Origin: an uncultured Smithella sp.
GTDB taxonomy: Bacteria; Desulfobacterota; Syntrophia; Syntrophales; Smithellaceae
Direction of reading: 5' to 3'
Length of the DNA: 64,000 nucleotides
Assembly (NCBI GenBank): GCA_964480875.1
Contig: CAYZRT010000001.1
Location: 8,130-72,129, forward strand
Position 1 is the stretch's first letter; every line of letters starts with the position of its first letter. Both the position numbers and the translations under genes were made by a program. Under the pieces are notes generated by a model that made no database searches, was not told the origin of the DNA, and was given only the letters and a program-made list of their open reading frames with translations. Below, one piece after another: positions 1-10,092 of the stretch.

Positions 1-778
1 GGAAAAACTGGCATTACGTCCGCCGAATCTTTGTCCCGGCTGTCCGCATCGTGGATTATTTTACGCTTTAAAAAAACAGAAAGCGTTTGTTCATGGAGAT
101 ATTGGTTGTTACACCTTATCTTATATGAAGCCGCTGGAAGGTTTGCATTCCTGCATCTGTATGGGGGCCAGCATCGGTATGGCGCATGGCATGAGCAAGG
201 CCATGAAGGAAAAAGGGAAGGGCAAGGTGGTCGGCGTCATCGGCGATTCCACTTTTCTACATTCCGGCATAACGCCGCTTTTAAACATGGCGTATAACGG
301 GAGTAACGCATTAATCATCCTTCTGGATAACAGCACAACCGCTATGACCGGTATGCAGGAGCATCCGGGAACAGGCTATACCCTGATGCGAAAGGCGACG
401 AAAAAAGTTAATCTGAAAGATTTAATATCTGCGCTTGGGATTGATAATATCAGGATTGTTAATCCGTTTGATCAAAAGAAAACGACAAGCGCGATCAAAG
501 AAGAGCTGGCGAAGGACGGTCCATCGGTTATCATTTCACAAAGTCCTTGCGCTCTGTTTAAAAGAGCCGGCATTAAACCCAAACCGGCGCTAAAAGTGGA
601 CCCTGACAAGTGCGAAGGCTGTAAGGTGTGCCTGGGATTAAATTGTCCGCCGATTTCATGGAAACAGGGAATAACCAAAGAAGGGTCTAAACGAAAGGGA
701 ATATCCCGCATTGACGAAACCTTATGTAATGGTTGCGGTTTATGCGCACAGGTCTGCAAATTCGGTGCTATAAGTTAG
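1..778 (+). CDS. iorA: indolepyruvate:ferredoxin oxidoreductase alpha subunit, C-terminal part (5' end outside window)
   Basis: Frame 2 is open from base 2 (EKLALRPPNLCPGCPHRGLFYALKK..FVHGDIGCYTL), upstream of the ATG at 125 used by the ORF track. It has a TPP-type GDSTFLHSG..LDNSTTAMTG motif and two C-terminal Cys clusters (CEGCKVC..CP, CNGCGLCAQVC). iorB follows directly. Confidence 0.9.
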   Translation, partial: EKLALRPPNLCPGCPHRGLFYALKKQKAFVHGDIGCYTLSYMKPLEGLHSCICMGASIGMAHGMSKAMKEKGKGKVVGVIGDSTFLHSGITPLLNMAYNGSNALIILLDNSTTAMTGMQEHPGTGYTLMRKATKKVNLKDLISALGIDNIRIVNPFDQKKTTSAIKEELAKDGPSVIISQSPCALFKRAGIKPKPALKVDPDKCEGCKVCLGLNCPPISWKQGITKEGSKRKGISRIDETLCNGCGLCAQVCKFGAIS

Positions 779-797
779 ATTAGAGGAATAATTGTAA

Positions 798-1379
798 ATG
801 TCTGAAAATAAAGTAAAAAGTATATTGTTCGCCGGAGTAGGAGGGCAGGGAATATTACGGGCCAGCGATATCATATGTGAAGTCATCATGGAAGCCGGGT
901 CCGATGTTAAAAAAAGTGAAGTTCACGGCATGGCCCAGCGCGGCGGATGCGTGACCAGTCATGTTCGTTACGGGAAAAAAGTCTATTCGCCTCTGGCAGA
1001 ACCCGGAAGCATACAGACGCTCGTATCTTTTGAAAAGATGGAAGCTCTGCGTTATTTGAATTTACTGGCAAAAGATGCTGCAGTCATCGTCAATACGGAG
1101 GAAATATATCCGCCGGCAGTGAACATGGGTAACATGCCGTATCCCCATGACGCCGTTGATTTTTTAAAAAATAAATACCGAAACGTTATTAGCTTCAATG
1201 CGGCGGAACTGGCGCAGAAAGCGGGTAATGTAAGGACAGCAAATGTTGTTCTCCTAGGCGCTTTATCCAATCTTATGAATATCGACCAATCGATCTGGCG
1301 GAATGTTATAAAAAAATCATTTCCTGAAAAATTGATAAAAATCAATTTAGAAGCTTTTCAAATGGGAATTGATGCTTAA
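798..1379 (+). CDS. iorB: indolepyruvate:ferredoxin oxidoreductase beta subunit
   Basis: 193 aa with a GVGGQGILRAS gamma-domain motif of pyruvate/ketoisovalerate oxidoreductases. It starts 19 nt after iorA. Confidence 0.85.
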   Translation: MSENKVKSILFAGVGGQGILRASDIICEVIMEAGSDVKKSEVHGMAQRGGCVTSHVRYGKKVYSPLAEPGSIQTLVSFEKMEALRYLNLLAKDAAVIVNTEEIYPPAVNMGNMPYPHDAVDFLKNKYRNVISFNAAELAQKAGNVRTANVVLLGALSNLMNIDQSIWRNVIKKSFPEKLIKINLEAFQMGIDA

Positions 1380-1431
1380 ATTAAAGCACGAATATTCCAT
1401 AATAAGTCATTTATAAATAAAAGGAAAATAT

Positions 1432-2394
1432 ATGGCAGAAGATTATTATCAAGTTTTGGGTGTGGATAAGAAAGCGTCAGCGGACGATATCAAGAAAGCT
1501 TATCGTAAACTGGCGCTCAAATGGCATCCGGATAAGAATCCAAATAATAAAGCGGCCGAAGAAAAATTCAAAAAGATCAGTGAAGCTTACGCGGTTTTAA
1601 GCGATACGGAAAAACGTAAGCAGTACGATCAGTTCGGTTCGGCTGATCAGTTTCGTCAGCAATATTCACAGGAAGATATTTTTCGTAACTTTGACCTTGA
1701 TGAGATATTGCGCAGTTTTGGCTTTGGCGGAGCCAGAGGCGGAAGGACGACATTCAGAACGACCAGAAGGGGAGGCGGCGGTTTTCGTGAGGATTATGAT
1801 GATCCTTTTGCGGGTCTTTTTGGTGGAGGTATGGGTGGCAGTGGACGCACTCAATACGCCAACATGCCTCAAAAAGGACAGGATGCTGAATATAATTTAT
1901 CGATTACACTGGAAGAATCAGTATTTGGAGCCGATAAGAAAATTTCTTTTCAACTGGAAAACCGTATTGAAGACATCAGCGTAAAAATACCAGCCGGAAT
2001 CAGCAGCGGTAAAAAATTGAGGCTCCCAGGCAAGGGATTATCCGGTTATAACGGAGGTCCCAATGGGGATTTGTACCTGAATATTAATGTATTGCCTCAT
2101 CCTATTTATGCCCGCGACGGTAATGATTTATATATCGAAAAGACCATCAAATTTACCCAGGCGGCTTTGGGCACGACGATTGATGTTCCCACATTGGATG
2201 GGACTACCAAAAGGATTAAAATTGCCCCCGGCACGCAAAATAACACTAAAATTCGTATGAAGGGTTATGGCGTACTGGGATTAAAAGGCGCTCCCAAAGG
2301 CGATCAGTACGTAAAGATTAATGTTGATGTTCCCAAGAAGTTGACGGATAAGCAGATTAAACTGATTGAACAATTAGCCTCAGATGGAATTTGA
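1432..2394 (+). CDS. cbpA: DnaJ-class chaperone without zinc finger (CbpA-like curved-DNA-binding protein)
   Basis: J domain [25 protein letters not shown], a G/F-rich linker and a DnaJ C-terminal domain. There is no CxxCxGxG zinc-finger region. Confidence 0.8.
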   Translation: MAEDYYQVLGVDKKASADDIKKAYRKLALKWHPDKNPNNKAAEEKFKKISEAYAVLSDTEKRKQYDQFGSADQFRQQYSQEDIFRNFDLDEILRSFGFGGARGGRTTFRTTRRGGGGFREDYDDPFAGLFGGGMGGSGRTQYANMPQKGQDAEYNLSITLEESVFGADKKISFQLENRIEDISVKIPAGISSGKKLRLPGKGLSGYNGGPNGDLYLNINVLPHPIYARDGNDLYIEKTIKFTQAALGTTIDVPTLDGTTKRIKIAPGTQNNTKIRMKGYGVLGLKGAPKGDQYVKINVDVPKKLTDKQIKLIEQLASDGI

Positions 2395-2565
2395 TCAAGC
2401 GGTGTCTTTGTTGGCAGTATGCGGAACGGCGAATACCGGGTTTATGGTGGCAAAATATTAATAATTCAATATATTTGCGACTTCTGAGAGCTATCCATCC
2501 ATAACTTCCAATTTAAATATTAGGTCTTATAAGATATGTTATGTAAACATAATATTGAATTTGAA

Positions 2566-3510
2566 TCACATTTTTTTTCTTCTGCCGACCACCGCGCAGA
2601 TTACATCATAAAGCTTCTCTTTTAATTCATCAGGACTTTTCCAGACAACATGATTATATTGACTCGTGTCAAAATGAACATTTTTCAAATCTTTTTTGTT
2701 CACGCACCATATCACGGGAAGATTTCTGCCGATGGCGTATCCGGCTTCAAAATAGACCACCCTTTTGTGTTCGGTCACCTCGGCAATAACAAATAGAGAA
2801 TTTTTGATTTCAGCAATAATCTTGGCATTAATTTTATCGGCATGCTGTTTGGAGTCAATCCTTAAAGCCTTATATCCGGCTTCATGGATTGCCGGTTTGA
2901 TGGCTTTGTCCCAGACTTTATTCATTGCATCAGAAAAAGACATCGCTACATAGGCCTGACACAGTTCGATTGCCCGTTGTTCATAATTATCCAGATAAGC
3001 CCATCCGTTTGGGGTTAATGCCATATTGATCTGGTTTACAGCAGATGACAGAGATTTTTCATTATAATCACCCCAGATAAGCAATCCACGTTCAACGAGA
3101 AACCTTATATAAAATAACATTTCATCCGGGGTTGACGCCCATGACAGAGGATAATCATATTTCGGAATGATGCAAACAAAATCGCCGGGATATTTTGATT
3201 TCCGGGAGAGATTTCTTAAGAAAAGATATTGTTTGTCCGATGGGTTATAATCAGGAATGGATTGTTCAATTTCTTTTAAAATATTTGTGTTAATTTCAGG
3301 AATGTCCATTCCCAACTCGGTGAGATTTCTAATCCAGCCTGTAAGTTTTGGATCAAGATTATTTCCATCAATGATGCGTTCTGCTTTATGGGTGATTTTA
3401 AATTTGCCGCAACGTGTACATTTATATGTAGTAAGTTTTTCGCCTGTATCCGTTTTACATAAAATTTTCTCATCTTCAAGCTTACAAACGGGACAAATAT
3501 TTGATTTCAT
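2566..3510 (-). CDS. orphan Zn-ribbon / putative wHTH / nucleoside 2-deoxyribosyltransferase-like (TIR-like flavodoxin fold) protein
   Basis: 314 aa. The N-terminus has CPVCK..(17)..CTRCGK. The middle has EMLFYIRFLVERGLLI..LTPNGWAYLD. The C-terminus has VAMSFS..IKPAIHEAGY..LFVIAEVTEH..VVYFEAGYAIGRNLPVIW, which resembles the NDT-family xxD/E-x-G-t-x-x-E-x-G-y-A-x-G-x-x-kPV core. The gene is AT-rich and is flanked by about 170-190 nt of non-coding DNA on each side. Confidence 0.6.
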   Translation of the reverse strand: MKSNICPVCKLEDEKILCKTDTGEKLTTYKCTRCGKFKITHKAERIIDGNNLDPKLTGWIRNLTELGMDIPEINTNILKEIEQSIPDYNPSDKQYLFLRNLSRKSKYPGDFVCIIPKYDYPLSWASTPDEMLFYIRFLVERGLLIWGDYNEKSLSSAVNQINMALTPNGWAYLDNYEQRAIELCQAYVAMSFSDAMNKVWDKAIKPAIHEAGYKALRIDSKQHADKINAKIIAEIKNSLFVIAEVTEHKRVVYFEAGYAIGRNLPVIWCVNKKDLKNVHFDTSQYNHVVWKSPDELKEKLYDVICAVVGRRKKM

Positions 3511-3542
3511 TAGAGCTCCCTATTGACTTAAAGCAATGTTTT

Positions 3543-3571
3543 TTAATAAACTAAAATAGCGTAACTATCAA
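3543..3571 (-). promoter_or_regulatory. candidate sigma-70 promoter for the 2566..3510 gene
   Basis: The minus strand reads TTGATA-17 nt-TATTAA. An AGGGAG RBS lies 5 nt before the ATG at 3510. Confidence 0.4.
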
Positions 3572-3640
3572 TCAATTTTTAAACGAGTGCCCCCTCCCCC
3601 AGCACAAAGTGACCCCATGGTGCCCCTATAGTGACCTTTA

Positions 3641-3667
3641 GGTTATTCAGGGTATTCAGGTTATTCG
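3641..3667. repeat. 3 x 9-bp tandem direct repeat
   Basis: ggttattca gggtattca ggttattcg, immediately downstream of the UPF0280 stop codon. The nearby string gtgcccc occurs twice (about 3588 and 3621). Confidence 0.6.
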
Positions 3668-3699
3668 CCGGGCTGAGTTCATAATACTCTTATCGTTTT

Positions 3700-4422
3700 C
3701 TAAACGAACTGCACTTCGCCTATTGCTCCCATGTCCTTGTCGCATATTATGATAATACCAACTATCCCTGGAATGTTTATTCCATAATCCAGTGCTTTTT
3801 TTATATCTTGCTTGCTTTTTACCTTATTACCAACAGCGGAAGCCGCCGCATCCGCCAATGTTGCAGACTTGGAGATGACACACACTGCGTCTGCAATACC
3901 GAAACTTATTGACGGTCCGACCGAGGCTGATGAGGTACAGATACCCAGCGGAGTCTTCTCAGGTTTTACAATAAAATTTACCTTGTAACTTAACGGAGAA
4001 TCTCCCGCGTAAACGGATACGGTCAAAATATTTTCTGATTTCATAAAAATATCTCCTCCGTTTTCAATGATAATATTTTTGGTATGATTGAGAAGATCAC
4101 TTCCGACAAATTCAGATACGGCTCCGGCAACGCCGGCCATCGGCCCTACTCTGCATACTCTGGATTTGCTCAACATACTTCGGACAATAGCCGGTGCAAA
4201 TTCGTCTTCGGAAATCGGTAATAATGATGTTTTAAATTCGGGTTTGTTTTTTATGTAAGTTTCCAGTGCATTGCGATGTTCACTTAAAGATTTGAAAGCC
4301 TGCTCGGCCAAGTTTGTGTCAGAGCTGATGAACAAATCGCTTTCAGCTATTTTCACGTTATACGAGATGAGATGATCTTTATTAATTAAGGATCTATAGG
4401 TTCTTTCCTCATATTTATTCAT
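3700..4422 (-). CDS. UPF0280 / ApbE-like family protein
   Basis: 240 aa. The RVGPMAGVAGAVSE motif and the overall length match my recollection of the UPF0280 (ApbE-superfamily) proteins. Function is unknown. Confidence 0.5.
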   Translation of the reverse strand: MNKYEERTYRSLINKDHLISYNVKIAESDLFISSDTNLAEQAFKSLSEHRNALETYIKNKPEFKTSLLPISEDEFAPAIVRSMLSKSRVCRVGPMAGVAGAVSEFVGSDLLNHTKNIIIENGGDIFMKSENILTVSVYAGDSPLSYKVNFIVKPEKTPLGICTSSASVGPSISFGIADAVCVISKSATLADAAASAVGNKVKSKQDIKKALDYGINIPGIVGIIIICDKDMGAIGEVQFV

Positions 4423-4434
4423 ATCAAGATTGCA

Positions 4435-7400
4435 TTATGAGTAAATTGTAGCACCCTCCCCCAATATATTATCGGCTTCTTTTTTCAGGTTATCATTGAT
4501 ATCAAGACGATAATCATCGCCCAAGTAGACGATGGTTTCACTCTTTCCGTTAAGAATATGCATGTAACCTTCGTATTTACCGTGAAATTTCTTCAATGAA
4601 GAAATAAAGAATGAAATGTTTTCGGGAGATACTTTATTGGCGTCGACCATAAAGCGAACCTGTTTGTAGGGATTTTCCAGAGATTTAGATAATGGAACGA
4701 CTTCCTGTGCCATTAACGTAATTTTTGACGTTTCTTCTGTGCCGCTTATATCAAGCGTTCCTTTGACAACGACCGGTTCTTCATCATGAAGCATATCATA
4801 ATATTTTTTATACAAGTCTGCGAAAAATATTGTATTGATTGATCCATGAAGATCTTCCAGCGTAACGTAGCACATGATGTCGTTTCTTCTGGTTTTTCTT
4901 TCATTAATGGCGCTGACAACTCCGGCGACCGTAATGGTTTCTTTGTCGTGTCGCGTGTTTAAATTGCCGGAATTGGCATTGGTGACAAATTTCAAACGGT
5001 CGGCAAAACGCAACAGGGGATGGCCTGTAATGTAAAACCCGAGAGCTTCTCTCTCGATGGAAAGAAGCTTTTTGTGTTCCCATTCAGGCATATCCGGTAT
5101 CTGATAAGCTTTCAAACCGTTCTGAGTCATATTAGCAGAGGAATCCAGCTCTTCGAAAAAGCTGGATTGGTTGCTGTCTTTTTCTTTCTGACTGCGCTGC
5201 ACTTCATCCATGGCTTCTTCAAAGTGCGCAATCAACTGGCTGCGTTTGTATTTCAGGGAATCAAAAGCACCGCATTTAATCAGGCTTTCGATAACCCTCT
5301 TATTCACCTTGCGCAAATCAACCCTGCTCAAAAAGTCTATAAAAGAATTGAATTTCTCTTCATGGCGGACCGATATAATGGAATCGATTGCGGCGATTCC
5401 TACATTCTTAATGGCCGCCAGCCCAAAGCGGATATTGTCTGCGAAAACGGTGAAATCTCTTTCCGATTCGTTGATGTCAGGCGGCAATACGTTTATATTC
5501 ATTTCCTTGCAGGCGCTCATGTGCTTGATGATTTTATCGCGGTTGTCCTTTTCGCTGGTCAACAGGGCCGCCATAAATTCAACAGGATAATGAGCCTTCA
5601 GATAGGCCGTCTGATAGGCGATGATCGCGTAAGCCGTGCTGTGTGATTTATTAAAGCCGTATGCGGCAAATGTTTCCATCTGCTCCCATATTTTTCTTGC
5701 CCTGGCTTCGTTAATTTTACGTTTATGTGCCCCTTCCAGAAACTTAGGTTTTTCCTTTTCCATTTCCGCGGCTTTCTTCTTGCTCATCACCTTGCGTAGC
5801 GTATCCGCTTCCGCCATGCTGTAACCGGCAATAGCACTGGCAATCTGCATAACCTGTTCCTGATAGAGAATGATGCCATAAGTTTCCTTGAGAATGGCTT
5901 CCAGTTGCGGCAATTCATAGGATATTTTCGTTTCTCCATGTTTACGGGAAGTAAATTCCGGAACCATTTTCATAGGACCGGGACGATAAAGAGCGATCAG
6001 AGCGATAATATCTTCGATGCAATCCGGTTTTAATTTAACAGCAACATCGGTCATGCCTGTGCTTTCCATCTGGAAGATTCCGTCGGTTTCACCTCTCGTG
6101 AAGAGTTCATATGTTTTTTTATCGTTGAGAGGAAGTGTATCAATATTTAAGTCGATCCCTTTTGATTCCCTGATGAATTTTAATGTGTTTTTAATGACCG
6201 TTAACGTTTTTAACCCGAGAAAATCGAACTTGGTCAATCCGACTTCCTGAATGTCATTCATTGAATATTGTGAAACAACATCATCTTTGGACGAGCAAAG
6301 AGGCACCCTCTCCACCAGAGGTGCGTCCGAAATGACAACGCCCGCGGCGTGAGTTGATGAATGACGGTTCAGTCCTTCCAGAATACGGGATAAGGACAGA
6401 AGTTTGGCCACGGTGGGGTTGTTTTTTTCTTCTTCGGCAAGACGGGGCTCCTGTTTAATGGCTTCATCAAGCGTGATATTAAGCGGCATACCGGGAACTA
6501 ATTTCGCAATTCTGTCGGCTTCACTATACGGAATATCCAGCGCGCGTCCCACGTCGCGAATAACGCCCTTGGCCTGCATTTTACCAAAGGTGATAATTTG
6601 GGAAACCTTATCCTGACCGTATTTTTCAGTGACGTATTTAATGACGTTATCCCTTCCTTCCGGACAGAAATCGATATCAATATCGGGCATCGTCCGGCGG
6701 CTGGGATTTAAAAATCTCTCGAAGAATAAATTGTAACGAATCGGGTCGATGTTGGTGATTCTTATGGCATACGCCACCAGACTTCCCGGCGCGGAACCAC
6801 GTCCCGGTCCAACAGGTATGTCATTATGCTTGGCATGTTTGACGAAATCGGACACGATAAGAAAATACCCGGCAAATCCCATGTCCTTGATGATTTCCAG
6901 TTCCTCGTTAAGGCGTTTTTTGTATTTTTCCCTGATGGCTGCTTCATCGCCCTGATTATTTTTTAAAATAACGGGAAATAGTTTTTCCAGCCCTTCCCTC
7001 GCCTTTCTTTCCAGATATTCATTCAGGGTTTCCTCAGGGTTTTTTACCGTAAAATTTGGCAGATAAAATTTCCCCTTTTCCACAGGAGTAAAATTGCATT
7101 TTTCAGCAATACTGACTGTGATGGAAACCGCTTCGGGTGTTGAAGAAAAAAGCTGTTGCATTTCTTCTGGAGAACGGAAATAAAACTGATCTGTGCTCAA
7201 ACTCATTCTGTCCTGTTCTGTGATCTTTTTGCCTGTCTGAATGCATAAAAGAACATCATGCGCTTCAGAATGTTCTTTTTCCAGATAATGACAGTCATTG
7301 GTGGCAACCAGAGGGATGGATAAATCTTTGCTGATTTCGATCAGCCCGGCATTGGCAATTTTTTGTTCGGGGATGCCGTTTTCCATAATTTCGAGATAGA

Positions 7401-7917
7401 AGTTTCCTTCACCGAAAATTTGCTGATAGTTGACAGCCGCCTTTTTTGCCCCTTCAATATTACCCCGCATAATCAGATCGGCAATTTCGCCCTGCAGGCA
7501 GGCGCTGGAAGCAATAAGCCCATCGTGACATTCCTTCAGCAGTTCTTTATCCACGCGCGGCCGGTAATAAAAACCCTTCAAAAAAGCCGTTGTCGTCAGC
7601 TTCATCAGATTTTTATAACCCTGCATGTTTTTAACAAGAACAATCAAGTGATTTGATTTTTCACTGGCCACTCTGTCTGTCAATTTATGGGGCGCGACAT
7701 ACAACTCACATCCGATGATCGGTTTTATGCCATGGTCAAAAGCCTGTTTATGAAAATCAATCGCTCCATACATGTTGCCATGATCGGTGATGGCCACAGC
7801 CGGCATTTTGAACTGTCGTGCCTTTTTGAAGACATCGTCCAGTCGAATCATTCCGTCCAGAAGACTGTATTGAGTATGGAGATGCAGATGTACAAATTCA
7901 GAGTGTTTCATAGTCAC
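4435..7917 (-). CDS. dnaE: DNA polymerase III alpha subunit
   Basis: 1160 aa. It has an N-terminal PHP domain (FVHLHLHTQYSLLDG), the polymerase core, and a C-terminal OB region. Confidence 0.97.
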   Translation of the reverse strand: MTMKHSEFVHLHLHTQYSLLDGMIRLDDVFKKARQFKMPAVAITDHGNMYGAIDFHKQAFDHGIKPIIGCELYVAPHKLTDRVASEKSNHLIVLVKNMQGYKNLMKLTTTAFLKGFYYRPRVDKELLKECHDGLIASSACLQGEIADLIMRGNIEGAKKAAVNYQQIFGEGNFYLEIMENGIPEQKIANAGLIEISKDLSIPLVATNDCHYLEKEHSEAHDVLLCIQTGKKITEQDRMSLSTDQFYFRSPEEMQQLFSSTPEAVSITVSIAEKCNFTPVEKGKFYLPNFTVKNPEETLNEYLERKAREGLEKLFPVILKNNQGDEAAIREKYKKRLNEELEIIKDMGFAGYFLIVSDFVKHAKHNDIPVGPGRGSAPGSLVAYAIRITNIDPIRYNLFFERFLNPSRRTMPDIDIDFCPEGRDNVIKYVTEKYGQDKVSQIITFGKMQAKGVIRDVGRALDIPYSEADRIAKLVPGMPLNITLDEAIKQEPRLAEEEKNNPTVAKLLSLSRILEGLNRHSSTHAAGVVISDAPLVERVPLCSSKDDVVSQYSMNDIQEVGLTKFDFLGLKTLTVIKNTLKFIRESKGIDLNIDTLPLNDKKTYELFTRGETDGIFQMESTGMTDVAVKLKPDCIEDIIALIALYRPGPMKMVPEFTSRKHGETKISYELPQLEAILKETYGIILYQEQVMQIASAIAGYSMAEADTLRKVMSKKKAAEMEKEKPKFLEGAHKRKINEARARKIWEQMETFAAYGFNKSHSTAYAIIAYQTAYLKAHYPVEFMAALLTSEKDNRDKIIKHMSACKEMNINVLPPDINESERDFTVFADNIRFGLAAIKNVGIAAIDSIISVRHEEKFNSFIDFLSRVDLRKVNKRVIESLIKCGAFDSLKYKRSQLIAHFEEAMDEVQRSQKEKDSNQSSFFEELDSSANMTQNGLKAYQIPDMPEWEHKKLLSIEREALGFYITGHPLLRFADRLKFVTNANSGNLNTRHDKETITVAGVVSAINERKTRRNDIMCYVTLEDLHGSINTIFFADLYKKYYDMLHDEEPVVVKGTLDISGTEETSKITLMAQEVVPLSKSLENPYKQVRFMVDANKVSPENISFFISSLKKFHGKYEGYMHILNGKSETIVYLGDDYRLDINDNLKKEADNILGEGATIYS

Positions 7918-7965
7918 ACTTTATTGGAAGTAATATATATAATTCCGGAAGACGATAAACTATTT

Positions 7966-9438
7966 CTAGTCTAACCAATAATTGGGCGCTTCCTTGGTTA
8001 TAATGACATCGTGGACATGACTTTCTTTCAAGCCAGCCTGGGTAATACGAACAAAACGCGCTTTTTCAATCATTTCCGGAATGGTTTTGCAACCGATATA
8101 TCCCATACCGGCTTTAAGGCCGCCGATGAGTTGGAGAATACTGGCGGAAAGAGAACCCCGGAAAGGAACCCTACCCTCTATTCCTTCGGGAACCATCTTC
8201 AACGGTCCTTCTATGTCATCCTGATAATACCGGTCACGGCTGCCCATTTTCATGGCTTCGAGAGAACCCATACCGCGATAGACTTTATAGCTTCGTCCCT
8301 GAAATAAAATTGTTTCTCCCGGACTTTCTTCCGTTCCGGCAAATAAACCACCGATCATGACACAGTTCGCGCCTGCGCCAATGGCTTTGACGATATCTCC
8401 GGAATATTTTATGCCGCCATCGGCAATGACGGGAATGCCTTTTTTCGAAGCAATTTTATAGGCGTCTCTGATGGCCGAGATTTGAGCCACACCTACACCG
8501 GCTATGATACGGGTGGTGCAAATGGAACCGGGGCCGACTCCCACCTTAACCGCATCTACTCCGGCATCTATCAGGGCCTTGGCGCCTGCCGCCGTTGCCA
8601 CGTTTCCGGCGATTAGTTCACATTTGGGGAAATTTGATTTTGTTGCTTTAATGGCTTTCAGCACTCCTTCGGAATGTCCATGGGATGTATCGATAGCGAT
8701 GACATCAACTCCCGCGGCAAGTAATGCTTCAACCCGGGCTTCCCGATCGATAATTCCCACGGCCGCGCCGACACGCAGTCTTCCCAGGGAATCTTTGCAG
8801 GCGTTGGGGTACTTGCGTATCTTTTCGATATCTTTAATTGTAATCAAACCTTTCAGCCGGTATTCATCGTCTACAACAAGCAATTTTTCAATTCTATGTT
8901 GATGAAGCAGTTTTTTGGATTCTTCCAGGGAAATGCTGGAAGACACCGTCACCAGATTTTTTTTCGTCATGACATTGGAAACAGGTTGATCCAAATTTTC
9001 TTCAAAACGTAAATCACGATTGGTAAGAATTCCGACAAGCTTTCCTTTCTTGACGACGGGTACACCGGATATGGAATATTGATTCATCAGTTTCAAAGCA
9101 TCACTGACTTTGCGGTCGGGTTCGATGGTGATCGGATCAACAACCATTCCGCTTTCCGATTTTTTGACTTTGTCCACTTCAATCGATTGCTGTTCTATGC
9201 TCATGTTGCGGTGGATGATGCCCATACCGCCTTCCTGAGCCATGCAGATGGCCGTTTGTGATTCTGTCACCGTATCCATGGCAGCGGAAACAATCGGAAT
9301 GTTCAAAGATATATTCTTTGTCAAGAATGTCGATGGATTGACATCTCGCGGTAAAACGTTGGATGCCGCTGGAACCAGCAGCACATCATCAAATGTTAAA
9401 GATTCTTTTATTGTGTCATCAAGCATTGTTTCCTCCAC
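7966..9438 (-). CDS. guaB: IMP dehydrogenase
   Basis: 490 aa with [10 protein letters not shown], a CBS pair and the catalytic GPGSICTTR loop. It appears to use a GTG start. Confidence 0.97.
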   Translation of the reverse strand: MEETMLDDTIKESLTFDDVLLVPAASNVLPRDVNPSTFLTKNISLNIPIVSAAMDTVTESQTAICMAQEGGMGIIHRNMSIEQQSIEVDKVKKSESGMVVDPITIEPDRKVSDALKLMNQYSISGVPVVKKGKLVGILTNRDLRFEENLDQPVSNVMTKKNLVTVSSSISLEESKKLLHQHRIEKLLVVDDEYRLKGLITIKDIEKIRKYPNACKDSLGRLRVGAAVGIIDREARVEALLAAGVDVIAIDTSHGHSEGVLKAIKATKSNFPKCELIAGNVATAAGAKALIDAGVDAVKVGVGPGSICTTRIIAGVGVAQISAIRDAYKIASKKGIPVIADGGIKYSGDIVKAIGAGANCVMIGGLFAGTEESPGETILFQGRSYKVYRGMGSLEAMKMGSRDRYYQDDIEGPLKMVPEGIEGRVPFRGSLSASILQLIGGLKAGMGYIGCKTIPEMIEKARFVRITQAGLKESHVHDVIITKEAPNYWLD

Positions 9439-9526
9439 GTGAAATTATAAAACCTGGTTGCTGTTGATCACGGGTATGAACTTCCAAGAAAAGCCGACTT
9501 ATGTCATACCCTCTGCTATGCGGAAT

Positions 9527-9640
9527 AATTCTCCAATCCGATTTATCGGGATTGGAGAATTCGACTTACGTTTTACGATAGTTCCGCTTGTCTCATTACG
9601 ACTTACTCATTTCAGTACACTAGGCTTCTGAAATTTGAGT
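9527..9640. repeat. intergenic hairpin-repeat cluster (locus A of a dispersed family)
   Basis: A 13-bp-arm hairpin pairs aattctccaatcc (9527-9539) with ggattggagaatt (9549-9561). aattcgacttacg (9558-9570) and cttgtctcatta (9587-9598) are identical to the ends of the 53-nt module at 47713-47765. A further hairpin pairs atttcag with ctgaaat (9609-9634). Confidence 0.7.
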
Positions 9641-10090
9641 GTGATGAATAAAATATTTTTCGCCGTTTAAAGGAATAAAAAAACCGGATCCGTTTTCAGA
9701 TGGTTCTATAAATTCAGCAAGCTGATAATAACTCTTACGGGAAAACCGCGCGGTAAATTTACCATTTTTTACTCCACAATATAAAACATTATCCTTCCCT
9801 GAATGTAAAGAACTCATTTCCAGAATTTCGCAACAGTCGTCATTAAGAAGAATTTCAATTTGTTCATGACCCTCTTTGGAATTTTTTGTTTTATAGACTG
9901 CTATAACAACAAAAGCGGTGTCTTCTACGTCAATGTAACAGCGTTCCGGTCCGAGTTCAATGAGATATCGTCCGCCTTCATCCAGTTTTAAATTTTCAAA
10001 AAAAATGCTGAGTATTTCTTTACGGAACATGTGGGCGCCTTTATAATACCAGACACCTTCTTTGTCTATTTTGATATCAAAGTTATCCAT
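9620..10090 (-). CDS. DUF1285-like protein
   Basis: 156 aa. The N-terminal IKIDKEGVWYYKGAHMFRKEILSIFFENL..ELGPERCYIDVEDTAFVV resembles the DUF1285 pattern as I recall it. Confidence 0.5.
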   Translation of the reverse strand: MDNFDIKIDKEGVWYYKGAHMFRKEILSIFFENLKLDEGGRYLIELGPERCYIDVEDTAFVVIAVYKTKNSKEGHEQIEILLNDDCCEILEMSSLHSGKDNVLYCGVKNGKFTARFSRKSYYQLAEFIEPSENGSGFFIPLNGEKYFIHHTQISEA

Positions 10091-10092
10091 CT

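Noticed and set aside
5020-5646. 208-aa plus-strand ORF (and several 60-130-aa ORFs) inside the dnaE region
   Set aside because: These are antisense shadows of a highly conserved 1160-aa gene. Their composition is low-complexity and unprotein-like, they have no RBS, and dnaE fully explains the interval.
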